This document shows positions 53,062 to 64,000 of a stretch of DNA of 64,000 nucleotides, in pieces. Positions within the stretch are counted from its first letter, which is position 1, and each line of letters begins with the position of its first letter. The notes under the pieces are model-generated. The model saw nothing but the letters and a program-made list of their open reading frames with translations. It had not been told where the DNA came from and made no database searches. The DNA is taken from positions 11,470,001 through 11,534,000 of the forward strand of contig OX597824.1 of assembly GCA_951406725.2 (NCBI GenBank), given 5' to 3'. The stretch comes from Octopus vulgaris. Taxonomy: Eukaryota. Made by a program: the position numbers and the translations under genes.

Positions 53062-53314
53062 TTCTTAAATCACATGGTTAAGAATAATTTAGAATATCAT
53101 AGTCTCAATCTTTTTGCTATATAGCCATTAATTTTTATGAAAAGAATTTGTATGCTCAGGAGTGGCTGTGTGGTAAGTAGCTTGTTTACCAACCACATGG
53201 TTCCGGGTTCAGTCCCACTGCGTGGCACCTTGGGCAAGCGTCTTCTACTATAGCCTCGGGCCAACCAAAGCCTTGTGAGTGGATTTTGTAGACGGAAACT
53301 GAAAGAAGCCCGTC

Positions 53315-53369
<55 letters not shown>

Positions 53370-55757
53370 CGTGCGTGTATGTTTGTGTGTCTGTGTGTCT
53401 GTGTTTGTCCCCCAAGCATTGCTTGACAACCAATGCTGGTATGTTTATGTCCCCCGTCACTTAGCGGTTCGGCAAAAGACACCGATAGAATAAGTACTGG
53501 GCTTACAAAGAATAAGTCCCAGGGTCGAGTTGCTCGATTAAAGGCGGTGCTCCAGCATGGCCGCAGTCAAAATAACTGAAACAAGTTAAAAAAAAAAAAA
53601 GGTCTTTTATAGTATTTGGATAGGTACTCTTTTAGTGGATCCAGCCAGTGTGTTAGGATCATGCTGGGGTACAGTCATCAGCACTGTCATAATTTTTGAA
53701 GTCGAATTGAGTCAGAATATTACTTGTGTTAGTAGCTTAGTGAATAGTAATGTTAGTACGCTTTGTCTATAAATAAACACTTTTTGTTTGGAATTTGGTG
53801 TGGTCCTAGATACATATCCAGACATATCTGAGATCGAACTGATTGGATGAGAGTTTAAATGTAGACGTTAGAAAATGTTTCATATATAAAGATGTGGTTA
53901 TAAGTGTGAAAAATCAATCATTTTAACAATAATTCATATCAGATGCATGAATGAATTCTGTATTTTGTTTTCCAAGGGGTCACCAACATAACATCTTTTT
54001 TTCTTCTTTTTTTTTTTACTTGTTTCAGTCATTTGACTGCGGCCATGCTGGAGCACCGCCTTTAATCAAGCAACTCAACCCCAGGACTTATTCTTTGTAA
54101 GCCCAGTACTTATTCTATCGGTCTCTTTTGCTGAACCGCTAAGTGACGGGGTCATAAACACACCAGCATCGGTTGTCAAGCAATGCTAGGGGGACAAACA
54201 CAGACACACAAACATACAAGCACACACATATATATACATATATATGATGGGCTTCTTTCAGTTTTCATTTACCAAATCCACTCACAAGGCTTTGGTCGGC
54301 CCGAGGCTATAGCAGAAGACGCTTGCCCAAGGTGCCACGCAGTGGGACTGAACCCAGAACCATGTGGTTGGTAAGCCAGCTACTTACCACACAGCCACTC
54401 CTGCACCTATATTTGTATATAATTAATAGTTATTTAATCAATAATAGCTCACTCTTGTGAGAGAGAAAGGGAGAGATAGAGGGTGTGCGTGTGTAAAACA
54501 GGTAGAATGTAGAGAAAGAGAGAGAGTGAGCGAAATACGCATGCTTAAAAATAAAAGAAAATTATTAGCAGATAATACATCAAACACAGAAGAATAAAGC
54601 CATAGGCAAGTAAAGTGATCCAGTTTCAATCCTTGATTGTATAGCAGATTCATTTCACTAAAATCACTAACGTTTTTAGAAAAAAAACCTGAGCATCGTA
54701 CAATCTGATAACACCCATCTACCCAACCTGTTCTCCTGAAAAAATATTAAATTTACAGCTTTTGTAAGAAAACCATTTACAACCAAATAACACACAAAAT
54801 GAAATGAAAAGAAAGAAAACACACAAAGAAAACAGCATGCCAAATGAAATGTGAAACATGGATGGAGATGATGTGTAGATAACTGAAACACTGATGGATA
54901 AACAGACAGGGGCCAGATTCCTCGATTGACCCCTCTTCCTTCAGTTCAGTTACAAAGCACAAAACTAATTTAAACAAGATATTGTTTTCCCTGAATCAAT
55001 ACAAATTGAGGCAGAAGTATATTGTGAGATAAATTGCTTAGAAATTATAACCAGAATATATTCTTAAAGGGAAGGAATACCAACCAGCTAAGAGAATTTT
55101 ACTAACAATTGTATCAAAATATTGTCTTTAGGTAGCAGTGGTGATAATATTGATGATGATCTTGTAACAATATCACTACCACTATTGTCACCATCGTGGA
55201 GGCACATGGCCTAGTGGTTAGAGCAGCAGACTCGCAGTTGAGGGATCGCGGGTTCGAATGTCAGACCAGGTGATGTGTGTGTTTATGAGCGAAACACCTA
55301 AGCTCCACGCGGCTCCAGCAGAAGGTAATGGCGAACTTCTGCTTACTCTTTCGCCACAACTTTCTCTCACTCTTTCCTCTTGCATCTTGCAGCTCACCTG
55401 CGACGGACCGGCGTCCCGTCCAGGTGGGGAACCTATACGCCAAGGAAACTGGGAAACTGGCCCATATGAGCCCAGGCATAGCTTGAGAAGGAACAAACAA
55501 TCGTCACCATCATCCTTTTATTTTCCCACAACCAACATCATGACTAAGGTCCAATCTCCAAACCATATGTTGACAAAATTCTATTGTTTCAAAACTGCTT
55601 TATTCTCTATGTATACTTTTTTTTTTTTTCTTTTACAGAGGTCTTTAACCCTTTAATGTTCAGATGTACTTAATTGGAAAATGATTTGATCCGAGACAGT
55701 CTGTTTAACAATTACAGTATTGAAGGCACATATTAGACATTCAAGAACACACAAAAT

Positions 55758-55911
55758 TTAACTTCACTTAAAGATTTATTATTTGGTGTCAAAATTTTCA
55801 CCAAAATCTTCCCACTGCAACTCAGTTACAACAGAGCTCTGTTTGTGACCAGATTGCAGTCAGTGCAATGAAAATTTTGACACCAAATAATAAGTGTTTA
55901 AGTGAAGTTAA
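55758..55911. repeat. ~155-bp foldback palindrome (MITE-like)
   Basis: Arms TTAACTTCACTTAAA..ATTATTTGGTGTCAAAATTTTCA / TGAAAATTTTGACACCAAATAAT..TTTAAGTGAAGTTAA; centre CAGAGCTCTG. Confidence 0.75.
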
Positions 55912-57257
55912 TTGAATGGCTCCAAACTGTTATTGCTTAAATAGTGTGTATGTAAAGAATTATTTATACCCATCTATATCATTTCATATTCCTTTATGTT
56001 AGAAGATTAGCAGAAATGACAGACTGTTGAGATAGTTGTTCCTTCACATTTTCAGTTGAAACTTTGTTGAGTTGATTTTACCTTTTGTTCTCGTTAGGTG
56101 GGTGAGGTATTCATTAACCCTTTCATTACTGTATTTATTTTGAGATGCTCTGTGTTTTTTTCAATTACTTTAAATATAACAAAGAATTTAGTAAAATAAT
56201 TTAGTCATCATTCAGCTAATTGTGACTAAGGTTTGGTGGAAGATTTTAATTCAAAACTTATGAAAGCAAGACATTTGTACTTAGAGCCAGAGCCGGTTTG
56301 GTAACGAAAGGGTTAAAATAGGTATCAGTCAAGTACTAAAGTTAGTTTATTCAACTACACCCTTCCCTTAAATTTGAGGGTTTGCACCAATGTAGGAAAC
56401 CAATGTGCCAGACAGATTGGCTCTATGGGTAATGTATTGAATTACTAGCTGGTGGATCAGGAGTTCAAAACTGTTGGACAAGATACTTCATTCTACTTGA
56501 TTCGGATCATTCTACTGTTGAAGAAATAGGTCCCAGATATTTTGAAAACGCTACTTCTGATAGACTAGCATCACTTCCAGGAACTGAAACAATCATATCC
56601 CCAACACTAGTATGTGTACTTATCCAACACCATTTATGGTAACATCTCTCTTTCTCTCTCTCTTCAGAAATTCCAATCAAGCAGTGGCTCTTGGACTACA
56701 GTAATTCATGGAAAGGAAAATATTAATGACTTTAATGAATTAATTAATTATGTAACAAAACACATGATTAAGTCACAGACGTTCAGAATTCTTCACAATG
56801 TAGTAATTATCACACACACATTATCTGAATGAATGATTTAACCAATTGAAAGAACAAGGTAGCTATCTGTAACAAAGCAATAGTTTTATCTGCTCTACTA
56901 ATCAGCAACAATATATTACATAGAAGATGGATAATTAAAGTGCCAATCTCATACTGAAACACAGAGTGCAGCTACTCTTTCATACAGACATATCAACCAA
57001 GGAATAAAAGTAATTTTCACTTTCTCAAGACATTAACCAAACCTCTTAACAATGGTAATTGGTTGATATTGCTTCTATCGGACACCTTCTCCCTGTTCCA
57101 ACAGAATCTTCCAAATGACTTAACTTTGTTAAATGAAAGCCTGAAGAAATTAATAGACACTGTAACCAGGGACTAGGAATTTGGCAGGAGCAAAACGGAA
57201 AGGCTTGACACTTGGAATAGACTTGGAATGTGTGCGTGTGCGTGTGTGTGTGTAGGG

Positions 57258-57436
57258 CAGTGGTTTTCAACCAGGGTTCCGCAAGAAGTTACAAAACTGC
57301 TAAAATCGACAGTAATTTTTTATTCTCCTGTGCAGATATGTGTGCATAAGACAATTAAATTATTGCACAGAGGTTCCTCGAGCCAGTGGAATGTTTCCTT
57401 GGGGTTCCGCTCCAGCAAAAAGGTTGAAAAGCACTG
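57258..57436. mobile_element. hAT (Charlie-like) MITE
   Basis: TIR CAGTGGTTTTCAACC / GGTTGAAAAGCACTG, perfect 8-bp TSD GTGTAGGG. Confidence 0.8.
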
Positions 57437-59199
57437 GTGTAGGGGAAGGCAGCTGGGCTGACACTCCACACCCAGTATATGACTGTTACTACTTTTACCA
57501 ATCCTTGTAGGAAGAAAAACAAAGGTCATCACTTAATGTGATCTGAACTCAACATAAAGGGACCAGGCAAAATACTGTAAGTGCAATGTGCTGCCGTTCC
57601 GGCTTTCTCTCCACCATGATAGTGTTAACAATAACAAAAGAGTGTGAACACTAGAAACATCGGCCATCCATTGAGTATGAAGAATGGAGATAATTATCAA
57701 CAGATGATATATCAATTATCCATTGTCTGTGAGCAGTTGAGATATTAACTATTAATGTAGTGTGAACAAAAGAGATATCAGCTATCAATCAAGTATGAGA
57801 AAAGCTGTAAGTCAATTTTGTCGAGTTCCATACTGTGAATTAAATGATTAATAATAAAAACTCAAATTCAAACTGTGTACAAGTTATGAGGAGCCATTCT
57901 GCCAAACTTACACATTCTATAGTAAAATATAATTGGTTGTTCACATATCCCTGGGCAAAACATATGAGCAAGTCACAAGTTGATGCCTGCTCCTTACTGA
58001 GAAACTAACCTTTGGTCAACAAAAGAGTCACTTTAACATCAGTGAATGTGAACAGCTTTTTGCTGAATTTTCCACAAGGTGATACACATATTGTTGGTGC
58101 TCCTAGACATACAAAATCCACAATGGGTTTCAGGAAGAATTTGCTTCACATGTCTTTCAACAGTTACTAAGACGGGGCTTATAGACCCTACTCAAAAGAT
58201 CTGGGTGTCAAGATCAATATGTGAACATAGGTGCAGGAGTGGCTGTGTGTTAAGTAGCTTGCTTACCAACAACATGGTTCTGGGTTCAGTCCCACTGTGT
58301 GGCACCTTGGGCAAGTGTCTTCTACTATAGCCTAAGGCCGACCAAAGGCTTGTGGATTTGGTAGACGGAAACTGAAAGAAGCCCGTCATATATATGTATA
58401 TATATGTGTGTGTGTGTGTTTGTGTGTCTGTGTTTGTCCTCCCTGCCCCAACATCACTTGACAACAGATGCTGGTGTGTTTATGTCCCCGTAACTTAGCG
58501 GTTCAGCAAAAAAAGACCGATAGAATAAGTACTAGGCTTACAAAGAATAAGTCCTGAGATCGATTTCCTTGACTAAAGGTGGTGCTCCAGCAAGGCCGCA
58601 GTCAAATGACTGAAAGAAGTAAAAGAGTAAAAGAATAGTCAAGCAGTCCCACAATGATATAATCTTCCATGATTTTTCTTGGGAGCACCAGCTAAACCAC
58701 TTTTCCAATCAAAGCAGGTTTGTATATATTTGCTCCAACACTCTTTGTATTATTTCTGGATGCTGCATTTCAAAACACAGCAAGCAAGATTATCCACATA
58801 AGAGCAGATGGTGGGTTACTGAACTTAACTATGTTTAAGGTCCACTAGGAAGTACTATAATATTTATTTTTTATGCGCCCTTTCAAGCCTATCCAAGCTC
58901 ATGGGCCCGGTTTCTGTGGCATATGTGTTCCCCCCAGCTGGACGGGACGCCAGTCCATCGCAGCGTTACTCAAAAAACAGGAAGAAAGAGAGGGGGCAAA
59001 AGAGTACAACAGGGGTCGCCACCACCCCCTGCTGGAACCTCGTGAGCTTTAGGTGTTTTCGCTTAATAAACACATACAACGCCTGGTCTGGGAATCGAAA
59101 CCGTGATCCTCCGACTGCGAGTCCACTGCCCTAACCACTGGGCCATTGCGCCTCTACACTATAATATTTACAATCACAAATTTCTCCTCAATGTTAACT

Positions 59200-59790
59200 T
59201 AGGTGGACTCATTTCCCTCAAAAATAGCCAGAAAGTTATATATTCTGAATGTGCGTGAGGTGACAACGTTCAGCTTGTTGATAAATGTGAAAACAAAAAA
59301 AAAATTTTTTAATCTGAATTCATATCAATGTAAATCTCAAATGCTAGAACATGAACCATCAACCATCATGAGGACAAGACAACCACTAAGTGTAGTGAAA
59401 ATGTTTAACTATTTGGGTAGTATGATTTTTGACTGTAACAGCCTAGATATGGAAGTGGAATGCTGCATACAGTCTGCTACAATTGCTTTCAGGAAGCTCA
59501 ATAATTTAACTGTAGAAACATGAAACTATGAACAATATACCAAATATATTGAGCAGTAGTACCATCCTGTCTCTTGTATGTTGCTGAGACTTACACACTG
59601 AATCAGCAACATATCAAAATGCTGATGAGCAACCAGTTATGATCAATAATGAACATTACTTGGCAAGACCACATCTCCAACCAGGAAATCTGAAGCAAAT
59701 ATGCTTGGTGTTGAGTCTATCCTGTTAGAATTGCTGGTGAGCTGGATCAGATATATGATCCATAAAAGGCTGGACTCTACAGTGAGCTAA
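59200..59790 (+). mobile_element. Highly decayed RTE-like LINE RT C-terminal region
   Basis: LLINVKTK..VVKMFNYLGS...SLDMEVECCIQSATIAFRKL..LLYVAET..WQDHISN. Confidence 0.6.
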
Positions 59791-60840
59791 AAAGGCAGAG
59801 GGCTATAAATAATGGAGTAGAGGTTACTAAGTTGATCTGAAACAAGAAGGAAAAGATAGAGCAAGATCTGTGTGTGTGTGTGTGTGTGTGCATGTGGTGC
59901 TAGTGTCTTTGGTCTACAGTTCCACAAAAGAATGAAGCATTTGTAGATGAAGATTTTTTTTTTTCCCATTATATTTTATCTTTTACATTTTCAGTCATAG
60001 GACTGGAGCCATGTTGGTTCTTTCTCGAGCCATGCCTGGCTCATAAGGGCCGGTTTCCCAGTTTCCTTAGAGATAAGTTCCCCACCTGGACGGGACGCCG
60101 GTGAGCTGCAAGATGCAGGAGGAAAGAGTGAGAGAAAGTTGTGGCGAAAGAGCAGAAGTTCACCATTACCTTCTGCCGGAGCCGCGTGGAGCTTAGGTGT
60201 TTCGCTCATAAACACACACATCACCTGGTCTGGGATTTGAACCTGCGATCCCTCGACCGTGAGTCCGCTGCTCTAACCAGTAGGCCATATGCCTCCACAG
60301 CCATGTTGGTGCATTGCCTTGAAGTATTTTGATGAAACAAATGATCGGCAGTTATTTTTAAGTCTGGTACTTATTCTGTTGGTTTCTTTTGCCAAATCAC
60401 TAAGTTACAGGGATGTAAACAAACCAACCCCAGTTATCAAGCAGTACAGTGGAGATCAAACACAGATACAATGACACAATGACACATATATTATGATGAG
60501 CTTCCACACAGTTTCTACCTACCAAATTCACTCACAAAGTACTGAACTGCCCAGAGCTATAATAGAAGACATTTGCCTTAAGTACTGCAGTTTGATGCTC
60601 ATGCCATTCTTGAGATCCGTAGTGACATAAATAGAATGGCATGACTACAAAACCGAGCTGCATAAGTGACACATTAGGAAATTACAGATACTCAATGGTA
60701 CTCACCGCACTTCGAGACAAAGTATTTCCTACATTAGTAAACAGCCACAAATTCAAAGAAAAGGAAATGTAGTTGACTATGTTATCATCCGACTAACAGA
60801 TGGAGGAAAAGGCAAATCCAATGGTAGTTAAATAAAATGA

Positions 60841-61267
60841 AAACCTCCTCGAGGAATGTGAAGACGCAGGCTGGAAAGCGGAACATTTTCCTATCGAAGT
60901 CGGATGTAGAGGGTTTGTAGGACACAGCGTGAGACGACTGTTGTTATCGTTAGGCCTAACTCATCGTAAAGTCAATACTACCATGACTGATATCCAATCT
61001 ACAGTGGAGAAGGCTAGCCACTGGATTTGGTTAAAAAGAGACGATGAGCGATGGCTAGAAGTATATTGAGTTCTTCATAACCAGCTGATCTAGCAAGCGG
61101 GGCCCTCATATCAGTGAGGGGGGCCGGTGCGCATTGATGCCGTCGAGAGGTAGGCCCCCGAAACGGCGCGCATTCTCTCCTGATGACCCCATACACTTGC
61201 TAGCTTCCGATATACGGAGCTTTTAACTGGTAGCACTTGCATGTGCAAGTTGTTTGCAAGACATCTA
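60841..61267 (+). mobile_element. 5'-truncated RLE-type non-LTR retrotransposon (HERO-like): ORF end plus structured 3' UTR
   Basis: LEECEDAGWKAEHFPIEVGCRGFVGHSVRRLLLSLG...EKASHWIWLKRDDERWLEVY* (stop 61067-61069), typical of a restriction-like endonuclease C-terminus; flanked by direct repeats 60798-60840 and 61268-61319. Confidence 0.8.
61090..61203 (+). ncRNA. Permuted/pseudoknotted hammerhead-like RNA motif, copy 1
   Basis: GCCGUC-GAGAG..GAAACGGC..CUCUC-CUGAUGA: intact core with stems I and III pairing, plus additional helices (see findings). Confidence 0.65.
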
Positions 61268-62648
61268 AGATGGAGGAAAAGACAAATCCAATGGTAGTTA
61301 AATTCAGTAAATAAAATGATGCAACTAAATGCCAGAAGGATCTTTGCCAGTAGTTCTACTGATACTTCCACACTGTTGCTTGTCTTTAGGATGAATAATA
61401 CTTATATAGATTATCAGAAGAATAAACCGTCTGACACTTAAGACTTTATTATAGAATATCTAAGGAAATTTTAATCTGGTAACTTAATGGTTTTTAATTT
61501 TAAATCATCATCATCACCATCATTTAATCTTTTTTTCTATGCTGGCATGGGTTGAATGGTTTGACAGGAGCTGGTGAGCCAAAGGACTGTGCCAAGCCCC
61601 ACTATATGTTTTGGTATGGTTTCTACGACTAGATGCCCTTCCTAATGCCAACCACTTTAGAGAACATATTGGGTGCTTTTAACATGGGACTGTCATCCGT
61701 GACCTCACCAAGTAACTTGCAAGACAAAATCCTTTCACTGAAGTGGGGGTAGAAATAAGGGAATATGGATTTATGCCAGGTGATGAGAGGTTAAAGTGTA
61801 ATAAAGGACTTTTGAAGGAAAAAAATGGATCATTATGACAATTTAATGACCTGGAAAAGTAGTTTAGAGGGTCCTTGTGAACAGAAGGTCTCAGATTCGA
61901 TCTCATTGCATAGCATCTTGAGCAAATGTTCTTTAGAATAGATCAGGGTCAACCCAAGTAAAGCAAGAGAAATCGGGTTGACAGAAACTGCGTGACAGTC
62001 CACTGAATAGATTCACCTGTAATTTAAAGGTCCAGCTTTTTCCAACTGTGTGTTGTCAGTGTGACATCTGTGGAATGTTTATCCATTTACATACTAATTC
62101 AATGAGGAGGTAGTTTGGTTGATCAAAAACTGAATATTCATCGTCAACATTGATGGAGATCTATGTACTTATAGTTTTAATGTTGTTTTGTAACTTAATA
62201 GCCATTGCAGTTTAATTGTTTTGGCAATAATGACTTTTGCAAATATAAAAGAAATATTTCCATTTAAAACAGGATGTTATTGTTCCTGACTTGAGAACAA
62301 GCTTTACTGGAGCTTAATGACTAACAAGTATCTGATGTCAAAAATATTAGAAGTGATATTGTTTAGTGTTATGGTTTAAAGAACAGATTCCCATACAACA
62401 GTATGCAGAAGGTCTATATCATTATATAAGTAGGCTGACAGCAGACATACCGATACACTGCTGTTATACTGTCATAGAAGATTAGACACCTATACAGGAC
62501 TTGTAAAGAGACACATGGAATAGTTAAGTAATATTAGGATAAACAACTAACAGATTCAATAAAGTGAAAGACAAATGCCTAATAGAGTTGCATCTCAACA
62601 TTTTCAGATTCTGATGGGTTAAATTTACTTTTCATCAGCTTTGAAGTA

Positions 62649-63099
62649 CATTATTTACATTCGACGGATATTTGTCCTCATCTTGTTTGTTGTTAACACA
62701 ACGTTTTGGCTGATATACCCTCCAGCCTTCTTCAGGTGTCTTGGGGAAATTTTGAACCTGAGTTCTCATTCCTAAGGTATTCTTCGATATTATTATTATT
62801 ATTCAGAGTGGTTAGCGTTAGGAAAGGCATCCAGCTGTAGAAACTCTGCCAGATCAAGACTGGAGCTTGGTGCAGCCATCTTGTTCACCAGCCCACAGTC
62901 AAACCGTCCAACCCATGCTAGCATGGAAAGCGAACGTTAAACGACGATGATTATGATTATTATAGTTCAGGTCACTGCTTGGAATCGAACTCAGAATCTT
63001 GGGGTTAGTAGCCCGCGCTCTTAACCACTACGCCATATGCCTGTGGGCATATCAGTCGAATGTAAATAATTCCTCATCTCTTAAATATAGAACTGTATT
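62649..63099 (-). mobile_element. Composite element: tRNA-derived head plus minimal hammerhead, inverted ends, 12-bp TSD
   Basis: TSD AGCTTTGAAGTA at 62637-62648 and 63100-63111; A box 63025-63035 and B box 62981-62990 on -; hammerhead 62696-62739 with G12A; nested SINE fragment at 62806-62950. Confidence 0.7.
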
Positions 63100-64000
63100 A
63101 GCTTTGAAGTAGCTAAAATAAATGTCAGTAGTTTTAAATACCTACAGTATTAACCCTTTGCCTGTCCTGTGTATTACATGTGATATGCATCATATATGGT
63201 TCACATTCTCATATTTTTTTCAAGTACCAAAGTAACTTGGAACTTATGAAAGGAAAGCTTTATATTACTCAGAACAGATGAAACAAGGGTTAACTAAAAG
63301 CCTGAAAACAAACATGGACATTTGGGATAAACTTATGAAACTGCTTTGGACAGGTAAAGGATGGACTTAGAATTGATAGAGCATCAGATTGAAGGATGGG
63401 CAACATAACAATGTTCCTACCTACAAACATGTGGAACTTTGTACATATGTTAACCCTTTAATGTTCAGATTACTCTGTTAAATGTAATACTTTTTCACTC
63501 AAGTTGTTTTGAATTAATCATGCATTATCTCATAGCTTTGAAATCTCAATGATTTATTTATTTTTAGAATTTCAATGTAGGTTAGGTGCGAGCGGCTAGA
63601 TATGGCTAGTTGAAATGTAAAACGTAGAATATTTGGGCCGGATGTGGCCGGTTTAAACACTAAAGGGTTAAGCATCAATATTAAACGAGACAGCTCCATA
63701 TTTGCTATCAAAATCTGTGGTAAATGTGTAGACAATACTTTCTTGGTTGCATTTCTAATAAGTAATCTACTTTGAAGTTTTAATTTTTAATATAATCAAG
63801 ATTTTACCTATAGATAACATTGTTGAGACCTCAATCATTCCTGCTGAAAAAGACTCATAAAACTGAAGCAGCTAATCAGTTTGACAGTGTTTTGATGGTG
63901 GTGTTGTAGGCAAAGAAAGTGGAGCATCCTATCTTTATTATGGAACAGGCTACAACAGCAGGTTGTAAAACAGGTGATCTACATTTTACAGAAAAGTGAT

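Noticed and set aside
60698-60735. Strong minus-strand donor (GCG|GTGAGT) as Rab4 exon 1
   Set aside because: No upstream ATG giving an MSE.Y-like peptide in the right phase; exon 1 left unassigned.
62966-63041. tRNA genes at SINE heads (also ~30806 and ~55196)
   Set aside because: A and B boxes are present, but the acceptor stems are incomplete and they continue into SINE bodies.

Overview
AT-rich, repeat-dense eukaryotic DNA, most likely from an octopus or other coleoid cephalopod (inferred from the tRNA-derived SINE families, the microsatellite load and a divergent 18S fragment). Two spliced genes converge. On +, the last six coding exons of a radial spoke head protein 4A/6A-like gene span 372-21533. 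On -, Rab4 coding exons 2-7 span 51927-39876; exon 1 was not found. One RSPH intron holds a ~7.8 kb array of a 75-bp satellite with an ATGCAAAT octamer in essentially every unit. A Rab4 intron holds an 18S rRNA fragment between two copies of a ~170-bp direct repeat. The rest is SINEs, LINE 3' fragments (CR1, RTE, HERO-like), MITEs, a Helitron-like element, a dead Tc1/mariner and Penelope-like pieces. The most notable signal is a pair of sequence-divergent motifs (1964-2063 and 61090-61203; the second lies in the 3' UTR of a HERO-like RLE retrotransposon). Both carry the hammerhead core in a permuted, pseudoknotted order, with compensatory changes in every helix. Several conventional minimal type I hammerheads also occur, including a U3-A8 core variant and one coupled to a tRNA-type Pol III promoter. 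All structures were paired by eye, and ribozyme activity is untested. Repeat boundaries are approximate.
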